Shown: positions 28,330 to 38,974 of the stretch, in pieces
Layout: the number at the start of each line of letters is the position of its first letter
How positions within the stretch are numbered: the first letter of the stretch is position 1
From: an uncultured Fibrobacterota bacterium
Lineage (GTDB): Bacteria; Fibrobacterota; Chitinivibrionia; Chitinivibrionales; FEN-1185
DNA length: 64,000 bases
Reading direction: 5' to 3'
Assembly: GCA_963753345.1 (NCBI GenBank)
Contig: CAVWBU010000015.1
Coordinates: 120,203 to 184,202 of the forward strand
Program-made: the position numbers and the translations under genes
The notes under the pieces: generated by a model
Told to the model about the DNA's origin: nothing
The model's database searches: none
Seen by the model: only the letters and a program-made list of their open reading frames with translations

Positions 28330-29308
28330 CTATTGATTGGCAGTCTGCTTCTTAGGCAGAAAGCGGTACCCGATCCACAGACGGTGGATAAGAAGGCCTG
28401 GATACGTTGTGCTTATTCCAAGATCGTATCCGGCGAAAAGGGGGTTGTCATTCATATGGCGCAATTCCAATCCAGTGTGGATACAGTTTCCAATGTCCGA
28501 AAAGTACCCGAAATCGGTGCTGTATCCCAAAAGGAAACCGAATATCTTGTATATCTTTAGCGAAACCATGGTCTTGAAAACTTCATAGTTGTACCCCGAC
28601 GAGGTATAAAACGACTCCCCTGACTTCAAGGTAAGCGTATATTCCGCCGACCCGTTGAGCAGATCATCAAACAATTTCAATCGAAGTCCTAGCTTTGAGT
28701 TGCCGTCAATATACATTTGCTGCCAAAAAGTGCAGGTGGCCATGGCTGTGGCCGAGATGGAGACACAATTGAAGAAGAATGGTGTGAGGATCCCCAGTCC
28801 TCCTCGCGTGACGAGAAAATTTGATGAACCGCCGTAACCGTCGGGCAACATTTCTGCTCCGATATCAATGAGGATGCCGGCGGAGCCGAACTTTGGGAGG
28901 TTGCCGCCCAGCGCAATTTGGCAGCTGGGATTCGAAAATGTGAATTGGCTGTTATAACTTACGCCGGAAGATGTGGCCTGTCCCGACTGCGGTTCCGACC
29001 GGGGATATTCCTGTACCCATGAGGCCAAATCCTGCGCCGAATCTTCCGAGAAACGGGAACAGATATTTCACCGATGCGAGAGTATACCGGTATCCGAGAG
29101 GAGTGGCGTTGATGGTGTACGCGGAGGGAACGTCTATTTCTCCCGTAAGCGCCGGATTCGCCCACCAACCGCCGGGCGTCCACAGGTTCTCCAAGTACGT
29201 AGTACGCTGGTACAGAAAATAAAGACTGTCGTTTGCGGCCTCGGTGGCGCCCGCAAACAAAGCGCAGATGAGGGATAGCGCGGCAAAGTTTCTGGAAGTG
29301 CAGATCAT
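28330..29308 (-). pseudogene. Putative outer-membrane beta-barrel protein split by a frameshift near 29000
   Basis: A signal-peptide ORF from ATG 29308 (with WWANPAL) switches frame into ORF 28330..29028, which ends WIGYRF. May be a sequencing indel. Confidence 0.6.
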
Positions 29309-29312
29309 GGTA

Positions 29313-30233
29313 CTACAGTTTGAGATAGACCTTGAATTGGAGCAGGCGCTGTTGAATCGCTGCGATGGCCGACTGCAACTCCACGAGATGTTTTCCAATG
29401 TCTTCAATATCGTTTTTCCAGAGAATGTTGGCTGGATTCCTGAGGGAGGCGGAGAGCGCGGCAAGCGTGTCCGCGCTCCTGCGCAGCGTTGAGGCGAGCG
29501 CGGTAATTTCTCCGAGCCGCGTCCTGGTGCTTTCGACATATTCCGGCGCCGCGGTTGCCAATGACCTGGTCATGGTCGTCGTTGACTTCACGAATGAGTT
29601 TAGTGACCGTACCTGTGCATCGGCAGTGAAGCCCGCATTCCGCGTCATGCCCAGGACCATTGTTGAAATCGAATCGGCCGAAGATACGGCCTGGTTGACT
29701 TGTGCAACAAAAGATTTCTGCGTACCTGCGCCGTGCGCCAGCGTCTCGCTGACAGCGAGAAAGGTATCGATGACCCCTCGCAGCTGCAGGGCATTGTTGA
29801 GCGCTTCGGAAACGCCGGGATAAAACGTGCCGACAAGAGTATCCCTTACGGGAATGAGCGGCGCGGCGGAATCACCGCAATCGATCAGGATCACTCTGTC
29901 TCCCATCAGGCCTTCGTCCATGTTGACAATAAGATATCCCCGATGGATTGGAATCGGCATAGTGCTCTTGACGGTTACATAGGCACGCATTGTCTTCCCG
30001 GCATAATCGCTTTTCCACTCGATTTTCTTCGCCGTTCCGAACTCGACTCCACGCACACGGACCGGATCCTGATACCTGAGGTTGCCGATCTCCTTGAAAG
30101 CCACCACGCGTGTTTCGCCGTGAGAAAGCAGGGGACGCAGACCGTAGAAAAGGATGACCGCGACGATAAGAAGGAAAAGCGTGATGATCATGTAACCGAG
30201 TTTTCTGTCCGACATGCATGTAAGATATGTCAT
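29313..30233 (-). CDS. MlaD/MCE family protein
   Basis: N-terminal TM, IGNLRYQDPVRVRGVEFG, GLMGDRVI and a helical C-terminus. Confidence 0.85.
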   Translation of the reverse strand: MTYLTCMSDRKLGYMIITLFLLIVAVILFYGLRPLLSHGETRVVAFKEIGNLRYQDPVRVRGVEFGTAKKIEWKSDYAGKTMRAYVTVKSTMPIPIHRGYLIVNMDEGLMGDRVILIDCGDSAAPLIPVRDTLVGTFYPGVSEALNNALQLRGVIDTFLAVSETLAHGAGTQKSFVAQVNQAVSSADSISTMVLGMTRNAGFTADAQVRSLNSFVKSTTTMTRSLATAAPEYVESTRTRLGEITALASTLRRSADTLAALSASLRNPANILWKNDIEDIGKHLVELQSAIAAIQQRLLQFKVYLKL

Positions 30234-30357
30234 AGCTCGAAGGGAATCAAGACCGGTTGGGAACAGACCCTGCGCCGGTGCGGCGGGCTATTGACATGCT
30301 GCCACATGCGCGGTGAAACTTCATGTCCTCGTCTTCGCAGATTTCCGAGGCGCTGCG

Positions 30358-31170
30358 TTACCGGCACTCGATGAAGTCCGTCTTCCTGTCCCGGAACGCG
30401 GTGCGCACCTCGGGGGCAAAACCGTGCAACGCGAGAGCGGAAGACACATGAGCGATTGCGAGGCTGTGCGAATTGTGGTCCTTGCTCAAATGGGAGAGCA
30501 CCACGATCCGCGGCACCGCGCGGGACGCGGCGCAAATCTTGACAAGCGCCTGAGCCGCCTGTTCGTTGGAAAGGTGGCCCGAGTCGGAAGCAATCCGTTG
30601 TTTGTTGGCACGGGGCCTGTACGGATTGTTCCAGAGCATGTCGGTGTCGTGGTTTGATTCCAGCACGATGCAGTTGCAGTCGGCAAAGTAACGCACCATG
30701 GCATCGGGAAAGCATCCGAGATCAGTGGCGAACGAAACGCGCAGCAGGGGTTTCTCGGAGGGAAAGAACATAAATCCGCAGGTAATCCCTTGCGCGTCGT
30801 GGTCCACGGCAAAGGGGGAGAACTTGATTGTGCCGATCGAGAAGCCTCGGCATGAAAACGTTTTTACCCGCACGCCGGCGGTGCGGTTTTTGTTCATGAG
30901 AGCATCGAGCACCGTTTCGTTGTTTTCGTGAACGAACAGCGGCACGCCATGCTCTTTGCAAAGGCTGAGTGCGCTTGCGTTGAGGTGGTCGGAGTGCAGG
31001 TGGGTAACGACCAGGGCCTGCAGGTCAGAAAACGCCATGCCGATTTCGGCAAGCGCCGATGTCAGGCCGCGCCTGCTGAAGCCGCCTGCGTCGATGAGCA
31101 GGCGCGTGGCCCCGTGCTCCACAAAGGTGCAATTCGCGCTCGACCCGCTGCGGAGCACGCACAGTCTCAT
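30358..31170 (-). CDS. MBL-fold metallo-hydrolase (YycJ-like)
   Basis: SGSSAN, THLHSDH, HDA, TDLG, ESNHD, GHLSN and HLS. Confidence 0.9.
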   Translation of the reverse strand: MRLCVLRSGSSANCTFVEHGATRLLIDAGGFSRRGLTSALAEIGMAFSDLQALVVTHLHSDHLNASALSLCKEHGVPLFVHENNETVLDALMNKNRTAGVRVKTFSCRGFSIGTIKFSPFAVDHDAQGITCGFMFFPSEKPLLRVSFATDLGCFPDAMVRYFADCNCIVLESNHDTDMLWNNPYRPRANKQRIASDSGHLSNEQAAQALVKICAASRAVPRIVVLSHLSKDHNSHSLAIAHVSSALALHGFAPEVRTAFRDRKTDFIECR

Positions 31171-33248
31171 GGCGCGGCCGTTTCCTGGACGCCTGTTTTG
31201 CCCAGCGCCTGCGCCACGATTCTGGAAAGCATTGCAGTGTCGAACGGTTTCTGCAATACGGCCGCTATGCCCTCGGACCGTATCTCCTGCAGCTCTCCCG
31301 ACATGCTGTAACCGCTCGAAAGGATCGCCTTCACATGAGGATCTATGGTTCGCAATTTTCTGAAGAACTCGCGTCCGTTCATGCCTTCCATGATCATGTC
31401 GATGATAAAAAGGTCTTCGGCAATTGCGTGGGTGCTGTAATATTCAAGCGCCTTGGTGCCGGTCTCGAACTCCCGCACCGAATAGCCCAGCGCCGTGAGC
31501 ATTTCACGGCAGATGAGGCGGATCGACTCGTCGTTGTCGATGACGACGATCGTTCCTGTTCCGCGCACGAGCCTGTAACCGGTCTCGGCGCGGTCACGCT
31601 GCAGCGCATTTGGATCAACGGGGAAATACACGGTGATGTCCGAGCCGCATCCCTTTTCCGAGCGGACGTCGATGTATCCGTTATGGCTGGTCACCGAGCC
31701 GTATACGCTTGCCAGCCCCAGGCCGTAGCCCTGTCCTGTCTCTTTTGTTGTAAAAAAAGGTTCAAAGAGCCTTGCCTTCGTATGTTCGTCCATGCCCACG
31801 CCCGTGTCGCTCACGCACACGGCGATGTACGGACCGTGCGAAGCCGTAGGATGGGCCTTCCGCAGAAGATCGTCGAGGTCGCGGTTCTCGGTTGAAAAAG
31901 TAAGCGCGCCGCCCTCGGGCATTGCGTCGCGGGAATTCATGGCAAGGTTGAGCAGAATGTTCTGCACCTGCGTCGGATCGCCGATCATGGCCGGATTTTC
32001 CGCGGCAAGATCGAGCACGACCTTTACCTTTTCGTCAAGCGAATGCTGGAGGAGAAGGGAAATGTGGGAAATCGTTTCGTGAATGTCCATGCCGGTTTTC
32101 CGGATTCTTCCCTTGCGGGCAAAGGCGAGGAGCTGCGCCGTGAGTTCGGCCGCCTTGCGGGCGCTTGAAAGAATGGCCGACGAGTATTTATCCAGCTTGG
32201 GGTTGTCCTTTGCGAACCTTTGTCGGATCATCTCGGCGTACCCCGATATGGCCCCAAGAATGTTGTTGAAATCGTGGGCCACGCCGCCGGCGAGCTGACC
32301 AATCGCCTCAAGCGTCTGCGCGTGCCTGAGCTGGCCTTCGAGAACCGATTTTTCCTGCTCGGTTGTCAGTTGATCCATGCGCATACGCACAATGCCCGTC
32401 ATCTCGAGGACGAGCGCGGTCTCGGCCTCGGTCCATTCGCGCTCCCGGTCGCGGTCGGAAAACGAAAAGAATGAATGGTCTTCGCGGTTGAAAACCACGA
32501 GCAGCACGGACCGGATGCCGTGCGTGGCGAAGTAGGCGCCGACGGATTCGCGGATCGGTTCGGGAATGTTGTTCCGTGAAAGCCGGGCGAGTCCTGTTGC
32601 GTACAACGACGACACGCTGCGGAAAATCGTGAGGGGTATTTTTTCGCCGAGGAAGCTGTCGAGACCGGCGGCGCCCCACTGCACTTTGCAGACCGACGAC
32701 GAGGCATCGCCGTCGTATTCGTAATAGCTTGCGCGGCTCACGTTGAGAAATTGCCCGAGAATGGCCAGCAGCCGCGTGATAAGTTCTTCTTTCGTAAGTG
32801 ATTTGTCCGCCGCAACCCTCCATATTTCCGCGCGAACCGCATGGTAACGGTTCTCGTCGAAGGGAAGGCCGATTTGTTGTTTACCGACCGGCATGCCGGG
32901 CATGACTTCCACGATTCCGTCGATTGTTGCGCGGCGGTTGACATGCGGTATAGCCGTCACGACACGGCTGGTGCCGTCGGAAAACGCCACGGCCGCCAGC
33001 GATGGCTGGCCCGATGAGATCGCGCGGCCGGCCGGGCATGCCGTGCACGGCGACGAACGGGAATGCCAGACATCGTAACAATGCCGCCCCATAATCTTGT
33101 CGGGAGGGAGGCCGCGTTCCGCGAGAGCGGCGCGATTAGCCCAGGCAATGCGGTGGTCTTTGCCGAGAATCAGGATGCTTTCGGGCATGCAATTGAGGAC
33201 GTCGTTATTGACATCAGCAAACGGTTGTGGTTTTTTACGTGGCGGCAT
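31167..33248 (-). CDS. Hybrid sensor histidine kinase (PAS-GAF-HisKA-HATPase-REC)
   Basis: H-box AHDFNNIL, NLAMNSRDAM, DTGVGM, FEPFFTTK, GLGL and a C-terminal receiver domain. Confidence 0.93.
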   Translation of the reverse strand: MPPRKKPQPFADVNNDVLNCMPESILILGKDHRIAWANRAALAERGLPPDKIMGRHCYDVWHSRSSPCTACPAGRAISSGQPSLAAVAFSDGTSRVVTAIPHVNRRATIDGIVEVMPGMPVGKQQIGLPFDENRYHAVRAEIWRVAADKSLTKEELITRLLAILGQFLNVSRASYYEYDGDASSSVCKVQWGAAGLDSFLGEKIPLTIFRSVSSLYATGLARLSRNNIPEPIRESVGAYFATHGIRSVLLVVFNREDHSFFSFSDRDREREWTEAETALVLEMTGIVRMRMDQLTTEQEKSVLEGQLRHAQTLEAIGQLAGGVAHDFNNILGAISGYAEMIRQRFAKDNPKLDKYSSAILSSARKAAELTAQLLAFARKGRIRKTGMDIHETISHISLLLQHSLDEKVKVVLDLAAENPAMIGDPTQVQNILLNLAMNSRDAMPEGGALTFSTENRDLDDLLRKAHPTASHGPYIAVCVSDTGVGMDEHTKARLFEPFFTTKETGQGYGLGLASVYGSVTSHNGYIDVRSEKGCGSDITVYFPVDPNALQRDRAETGYRLVRGTGTIVVIDNDESIRLICREMLTALGYSVREFETGTKALEYYSTHAIAEDLFIIDMIMEGMNGREFFRKLRTIDPHVKAILSSGYSMSGELQEIRSEGIAAVLQKPFDTAMLSRIVAQALGKTGVQETAAP

Positions 33249-33339
33249 GGTACGAAACAATATTAATCGTGCGCCTGAAATCAAACAAGAATAATCGGGG
33301 AAAAGAATCGCGCACGCAACGCGATGGGAAGTCGCGATC

Positions 33340-34104
33340 CTAGATTTTTCCTATGGACGAACTCTGAACCCAGCCGGAGAGTCCGGTCGGCAGGCTCACG
33401 AACGACCAGTCGTTGATGGTCTTTTGCACCCTGAATTTCGTCCCTTCGTGCACGGTGAAGATCACCTTGGAACCGTTCGGCTCGTTCTTTGCCTCGAGCG
33501 ACGGTGACAGGACCACGGCATATTCGACCCGTTCGCTGTTGTAAATCTTGACGCCCGCCGACACGCCGACCGCCGCACCAAAGAGGAGCACAAGGCTCGA
33601 CAGGTAGATGAGCCACAGCCGAGCGTTTGAGGACGCGTACAGACCAGCCGCGAACATGATGCCGAGCGCAAGCAACAGGAAAAACAGGAGCCACAGCTGG
33701 GCGCTGAGCGGCAGAAAGGTGTGAAGTCTGAGGAGGACAGCCTCAAAAAAGGTCTTCTCGGGGGCCGGGATGCGGTCGGTGATGGCGGCACTGGTAAATC
33801 TGATGTTGGCCTGTATTTCCGGGTCGTTCGGCGAGAGACGGTGCGCCCGCTCGTACGCGAGCAGGGCGAGGCCGACCTTTTTGAGCCGGTAGTACGAATT
33901 GCCGAGGTTGAAGTAGACCGCGCTGTTTGTAAAGCCCGACGAAAGGATCTGCTCGTAGTAAAACGCGGCGCTGTCGTAGGCCTGGCGTTCGTACAGCGCA
34001 TTCGCCTTTTCGAACCAGAAATTGACCGGCGCGCAATCGGAGCGGCCCGCAAAGAGCCCCAGCGCACAAAGCGCGCCGCACAGGAGAACGTTCCGCCGCA
34101 TCAT
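33340..34104 (-). CDS. BatE-like TPR + SH3 protein
   Basis: YFNLGNSYY...YERA TPR, two TM helices and HEGTKF..GWV SH3; last gene of the Bat cluster. Confidence 0.85.
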   Translation of the reverse strand: MMRRNVLLCGALCALGLFAGRSDCAPVNFWFEKANALYERQAYDSAAFYYEQILSSGFTNSAVYFNLGNSYYRLKKVGLALLAYERAHRLSPNDPEIQANIRFTSAAITDRIPAPEKTFFEAVLLRLHTFLPLSAQLWLLFFLLLALGIMFAAGLYASSNARLWLIYLSSLVLLFGAAVGVSAGVKIYNSERVEYAVVLSPSLEAKNEPNGSKVIFTVHEGTKFRVQKTINDWSFVSLPTGLSGWVQSSSIGKI

Positions 34105-35937
34105 GATGCCTCCGGTTTCCGTTTTGCAAAATCGCGGACGAGACGGCCCGTTTTTTCGAGCATGCCGGCGCGCGCGGCCGCGTCGAGCGGCCGCATGCCG
34201 AAGCGGAACACGTCCATGCTCTCAAGAAACGACACCAGCCTGTCCACAAGGTCCGCGGCCGCGTGCCGTTCCAACAGCTGATGCCGGAGTTCGTCGAGGG
34301 TCGCGCCGGTTGCGGAAAATCCGAACTTGTGCGTGATGAAGTCTTCGAGGCATCCGGAAATTTTCGCGCAAAAGTCTGTCGCGGGCATTGATGCCGCATT
34401 TTTCCGGAGTCCGGCAATGGTCCTTATGGCCGTTACGGCAGCTTTCTGCCGGAGGGCCAGAGACGCGTCTTTTTCGTAGCGCTGCGCCTGTATTTTGTAC
34501 AAAAGCGAAAAAACAGCGATAAGGAATGGGAGCGGAAACAGGATGATGAAAATGGGGTTTCGGTACGGCCGGTCCGTTTGCCTGCCGCCGGCAAGGCTGG
34601 TCTTGATATACCGGATGTCCTGGCCCACCTGACGGATCTCTTCCTGGGTGAGGTAGCGTGTCTGGCCGGCGGCAATGGTCTTGCCCTTGGTGACCGCTAT
34701 CGATATGGGGTCGGAGCTAAGCGTTTTGTAAACCGCCGCCGAGGGGTCGAAATACACCCAGGAAAGCGGCGGAACGCTCAACGTTCCTTCCTGCCGCGGA
34801 ATAAGCAGGTATTTGTATCCCTTGAGGCAGGTGATGCCGTTTTGCGTGGTGTCGACCGACACGTGCTTTTCGGGTGCGAATACTTCGCAGTCGGAAAGCT
34901 GCGGAATCGACACGTCGCCCATGCTGCCGGGCCGTGTTCCTCCGCGGATGGAAACCGAAAGCGTGACCGCCTCTCCCGAAGGGACGGTCTTCGGGTCCGC
35001 GCCCACGTTCATGGAAAACGAGCCGACCGCGCCGGAAAATCCCGCAGGCGGGGGCGGGAGCTGGCTCGAATGGATGACGATGCCGTTTGACAGCAACGCT
35101 CTTTGCGATCTGCTGCACGCCGCCGCCGAAGAACTGGTCGGCATCCGGGAAGAAATCGTCGAACGGACTGACGCCCCTCCGTCCCTGGACCCGTTTGAGA
35201 CTGGCGTATTCGAAGGAAACGGGAGGAATGGCAAGGTCGCCGCCGGCAATGGGAAAAAGCGCGTACTGCATTTTTACCGCCAGTTCCTTTTCGCCGTTTG
35301 AGACCTCCATGGCCATTTTGGACGGCAACTGGTTAAAGAGACGCACCACGGCAAAATCCCTGCTCATGCTTTTTTCCAGCCTGTCGCACAATGCCGCCAG
35401 TCCCTGCATCGACAGCTGGACCTGGGCGCCCGGTTTCTGGGCGACCTTGACGGTAAGGAGCGTCTGCTCTCCCTGATAGAGGTTTCTCTTCGACACTGCG
35501 AGAACAACGTGCACTTCCGCGGCCTGCGGCGCTTCCTTGCCCACGGTGATGGTAAAGGGGTTCGAGGAGTATGTCTTTCCGTCAACGACCGCCTTGAGAG
35601 CGGGGAAGGTGAAAGAACCCACTTTCTTCGGCGCAATGGAATAATAGAACGAGTACGTGATGCTCACGCTCTGCATCATTTTTCCGTTTATCGATTGGAT
35701 GGATTGCGACGACGACGAGTTCTGGTTCGTGCCCAGAACGTCGAAATCGTCGCTCTTGGGGACCTGCGGCGCGGACAATCCGGAAAGCTCTTTGTTGCTC
35801 ACGATCTGCGCCGTCACCTGGATGCGTTCGCCGAGCATCACCGAGGTTCTGTCGGCCGAAGCGGAGAATGAGATATCCTGTGCGAAGGCCGGCGCGAACG
35901 CGCAGAAAATGGCAAACGGTAAAAAAGTCCGGATCAC
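34101..35937 (-). pseudogene. BatD-like protein split by a frameshift near 35095
   Basis: The N-terminal ORF (..QIAKSV) continues in another frame (LSNGIVIH..FSGAVG..DIRYIK). Removing one base restores a full-length BatD; probably a sequencing indel. Confidence 0.75.
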
Positions 35938-35949
35938 CCTCGATTCCCC

Positions 35950-36801
35950 CTACCAGTCTTTCTCAGTCTTCTTTTCCACGGCCGCGCCGATTTTCTGCGG
36001 CTTTTTGTTCAAATCCTTGTCGTCGTCCGAGAACTGCTCGATGAGCCGCCTGGCCTGGTCTTTCTTCATGTCTTCCTGCTTCTGCTGCTGCGGCGTGGGT
36101 TCTGGTTTCTGCTGGTCGTTTTTATTCTGGTCCTGCTGTTGGTTTTGCTGCTGGTTGTTCTTATCCTGTTGGTTCTTGTTCTGCTGGTTTTTGTTTTGAT
36201 CCTGATTCTTTTTGTCCTGATTATCCTTGTTTTTCTGGTCATTCTGGTTCTTGTTGTCTTTGTTCTGCTTGTTGTCCTTATTATTCTGCTGTTGTTCCAT
36301 CTGCTTGATTTTTTTCTGCACAAGCTGTACGTTCCATTTCGCGTCCCTGTCGGACGGCCGCAGATCGAGCGACTTAATATAATTCTCAAGCGCGGCCTTG
36401 TATTTCTCCATGGCCTGCTGATTGTTCTGCGCGGACAGCTGCTCTCCCTGCATGTAAAGCGCGTCGCCGAGGTCGTAGTGCAGCGAGGCCAAGGCCTTCT
36501 TGTCTTTGGTTTCCTTTGCCTGGTTGTACGTCTCCTCGGCCTTGTCGTACTGGCCGAGCCGGTATTGCGCGGACCCCTTGTTCATTTTGAGCTTGGGCTC
36601 GGCCGGGTATTCGAGGATCAGGTTGTCGTATGCTTTGAGGGCGCTGTCGTAGTTTTTGGTTTCGTATTGCTTGTTTGCCGCCTTGTTTTTTGAATACAGC
36701 TCGTCCGAGAATGAAACAGGCGTGACTGCGGCAACAATGAAGGCGGCAACGATGCAGGTCGTGCATGAAAGCAGTTTGTAAAGTAATGGTTGCGGATGCA
36801 T
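35950..36801 (-). CDS. BatC-like TPR protein with N/Q/K/D-rich linker
   Basis: TPR repeats, DAKWN, low-complexity tract and terminal EKDW. Confidence 0.85.
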   Translation of the reverse strand: MHPQPLLYKLLSCTTCIVAAFIVAAVTPVSFSDELYSKNKAANKQYETKNYDSALKAYDNLILEYPAEPKLKMNKGSAQYRLGQYDKAEETYNQAKETKDKKALASLHYDLGDALYMQGEQLSAQNNQQAMEKYKAALENYIKSLDLRPSDRDAKWNVQLVQKKIKQMEQQQNNKDNKQNKDNKNQNDQKNKDNQDKKNQDQNKNQQNKNQQDKNNQQQNQQQDQNKNDQQKPEPTPQQQKQEDMKKDQARRLIEQFSDDDKDLNKKPQKIGAAVEKKTEKDW

Positions 36802-36803
36802 GA

Positions 36804-37826
36804 TTACTCTATGCGGCCTTTCCATTGCTGCTTGGACTTGACAAGCTCGGGAACAAAAAATTCCAGAAGAAGAAAGAACAGCGCGATAGCGAGGAAAACC
36901 TGGTATTGCTCTTCGAAAATGTTCATGCGGTCGGTCCCGAGCTCGTTTTTCTCAAGTTTGGCAATTTCGCCGTAGATCGCAGGCATGTCGAGAGCGGTGC
37001 CTGCGTGGAAGTACTTGCCGTGACCTTCGCCGGCGATTTTTTCGAGCATGAGCGGATTAAGCCGCGTCATCACCAGATTACCTTCGGCGTCCTTTTTGTA
37101 GGAGATATTTCCCTTGCCTTTGTTAAGCGGAATGGGCGCTCCGCCTTCTGCGCCGAGCCCCACGGTGTAAATCTTAATGCCGAATTGCGCGGCCTTAGCC
37201 GCCGCGCTCGCCGCGTCGCCCTCGTTTTCTTCGCCGTCCGAAAGGATAATGAGGACCCGGGACTTGCTTTTCTGGGTACGGAACGCCTCGACGGATTGAT
37301 TGATGGCCTGATCGATAGCTGTTCCCTGGGTCTGCACCCAGTCGGTGGTGATGACGCTCAGAAACATTTTCGCGGCGCCGTAATCCAGAGTAAGCGGGCA
37401 CTGTATGAAGCTTTCTCCTGCGAAGACCACGATACCCACGCGGTCGCCCCGTAACAGGTCGATGAGTTTCGCTATTTCAAATTTTGCGCGTTCGAGCCGG
37501 TTCGGCGCAATGTCTTCCGCGAGCATGCTCCGGGAAATATCGAGTGCCACGATCACGTCGACGCCCTTGCGTTCCACAACTTCGGTTTTCACGCCGAACC
37601 TGGGCTGCGCCAGCGCGATCACCGCGAAGAATACAAAGCCCGTGAACAGGACCCACTTGAGGACCTGCTGCTGGAGGAGTTTCTCCGGCGTGAGGCGACG
37701 CATGAGGTCGGGCGCGGCGAAACGCGACAGCGCAGCCCGCTTCCACTGGTGGGCGAGGATAAACAGGCCCGCAAGGAGCGGAATGCAGAACATGAGCCAG
37801 AAATATGCCGGACTGCCGAACCTCAT
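36804..37826 (-). CDS. BatB-like vWA protein
   Basis: ALAQPRFG, DISRSM MIDAS, PLTLDY and SDGE. Confidence 0.9.
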   Translation of the reverse strand: MRFGSPAYFWLMFCIPLLAGLFILAHQWKRAALSRFAAPDLMRRLTPEKLLQQQVLKWVLFTGFVFFAVIALAQPRFGVKTEVVERKGVDVIVALDISRSMLAEDIAPNRLERAKFEIAKLIDLLRGDRVGIVVFAGESFIQCPLTLDYGAAKMFLSVITTDWVQTQGTAIDQAINQSVEAFRTQKSKSRVLIILSDGEENEGDAASAAAKAAQFGIKIYTVGLGAEGGAPIPLNKGKGNISYKKDAEGNLVMTRLNPLMLEKIAGEGHGKYFHAGTALDMPAIYGEIAKLEKNELGTDRMNIFEEQYQVFLAIALFFLLLEFFVPELVKSKQQWKGRIE

Positions 37827-37854
37827 GGTTTGTTACCTTTGTCCCCGCAAGTAA

Positions 37855-37970
37855 ATGCGTGTGTGCGTAAAAGCGTATATGCGGGAAGACCGGGTTGATT
37901 GAACATGGTATGGTTTTTTTTCAAACGCATTTCCGCCTCCTCGCATATATGCATTCTCGCATCCACGCAT
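37855..37970. repeat. Phased 8-bp inverted array (second copy)
   Basis: ATGCG-like units at 37855, 37863, 37871 and 37879; CGCAT-like units at 37926, 37934, 37942, 37950, 37958 and 37966. Confidence 0.75.
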
Positions 37971-38974
37971 CATGGAATTCTTCTGAACCACGTATTCGAC
38001 AGCAGGCTTTCGGCGAACAGAAGAACACATCCCGCAATGAGCCAGGGAAAAAACCTGTCCGCGTAGCTGGTATACAGTTTGGTCTTGATTTCCGTTTTTT
38101 CCATTTTGTCTATGGTGTCGTAGATTTCCCTGAGTTTCTCCGCGTTCTGCGCCCTGAAGAACTTGCCGCCCGTCGCCGCGGCGATGTCGGCAAGCAGTTG
38201 TTCGTCGAGGTCCGACTGGACGTTTTGAATTTGGGTGCCGACAACCTTGCCGGTAAACCGGTCCACAATCTGCATCGGGTAGGGGATCATGCCCTCTTTG
38301 CCTACGCCGATGGTGTAAATCTTGATGCCGAGTTCTGCGGCGGCCTTTGCCGCGGCGAGCGGCGCGATTTCGCCGAAGTTGTTTCCGCCGTCGGTGAGAA
38401 GAATCATCACCTTGCTCTTTGCGGGCGTGTCCTTGATCCGGTTGGCAGCGGTTGCTATCGCGGTTCCGATGGCCGTGGCATCGCCGAAGTCCTCGAAGTC
38501 TATTTTGTCGACAAACTGGGTAAGGACGTTGTAGTCAAGGGTGAGCGGGCACTTGGTGTAGCTGCGTTTGGCGAATATCACGAGCCCGATGCGGTCGTTG
38601 CGGCGTTTCTTGATGAAATCCTTGATCGTCTCTTTTGCAACAAACAGCCTGTTGTTCGGCTGAAAATCGAGCGAGCGCATGCTGAACGACACGTCGAGGA
38701 TGAGCATGATGTCAACGCCCTCGGTGGTCACCTCTTCCTCGGACGTGCCCTGCTGTGGGCGGGCAAGCGCAACGGCGAGAAGGCCGATGCCCGCACAGCG
38801 GAGCACGAACGGCACATGGCGCAGGTGGACAAAGCGCGAGGCCGGGATCTTCTTGAGGGTTGACAGATCTGAAAAATGAACCGCAGGCCGGTTTTTTTCG
38901 CGGCGCAGGTAGACCCACACCATGGGAACCCACGCGACAAGCAGGAGCAGGTACCAGGGGTCCCTAAGAAGCAT
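37970..38974 (-). CDS. BatA-like vWA protein
   Basis: ALARPQ, DVSFSM, TAIGTA, LTDG, IYTIGVG and TGGKFFRA. Start set at ATG 38974. Confidence 0.92.
   Translation of the reverse strand: MLLRDPWYLLLLVAWVPMVWVYLRREKNRPAVHFSDLSTLKKIPASRFVHLRHVPFVLRCAGIGLLAVALARPQQGTSEEEVTTEGVDIMLILDVSFSMRSLDFQPNNRLFVAKETIKDFIKKRRNDRIGLVIFAKRSYTKCPLTLDYNVLTQFVDKIDFEDFGDATAIGTAIATAANRIKDTPAKSKVMILLTDGGNNFGEIAPLAAAKAAAELGIKIYTIGVGKEGMIPYPMQIVDRFTGKVVGTQIQNVQSDLDEQLLADIAAATGGKFFRAQNAEKLREIYDTIDKMEKTEIKTKLYTSYADRFFPWLIAGCVLLFAESLLSNTWFRRIP

Noticed and set aside
36060-36310. Repetitive-looking DNA that could be a tandem array
   Set aside because: It encodes the N/Q/K/D-rich linker typical of BatC-like proteins.
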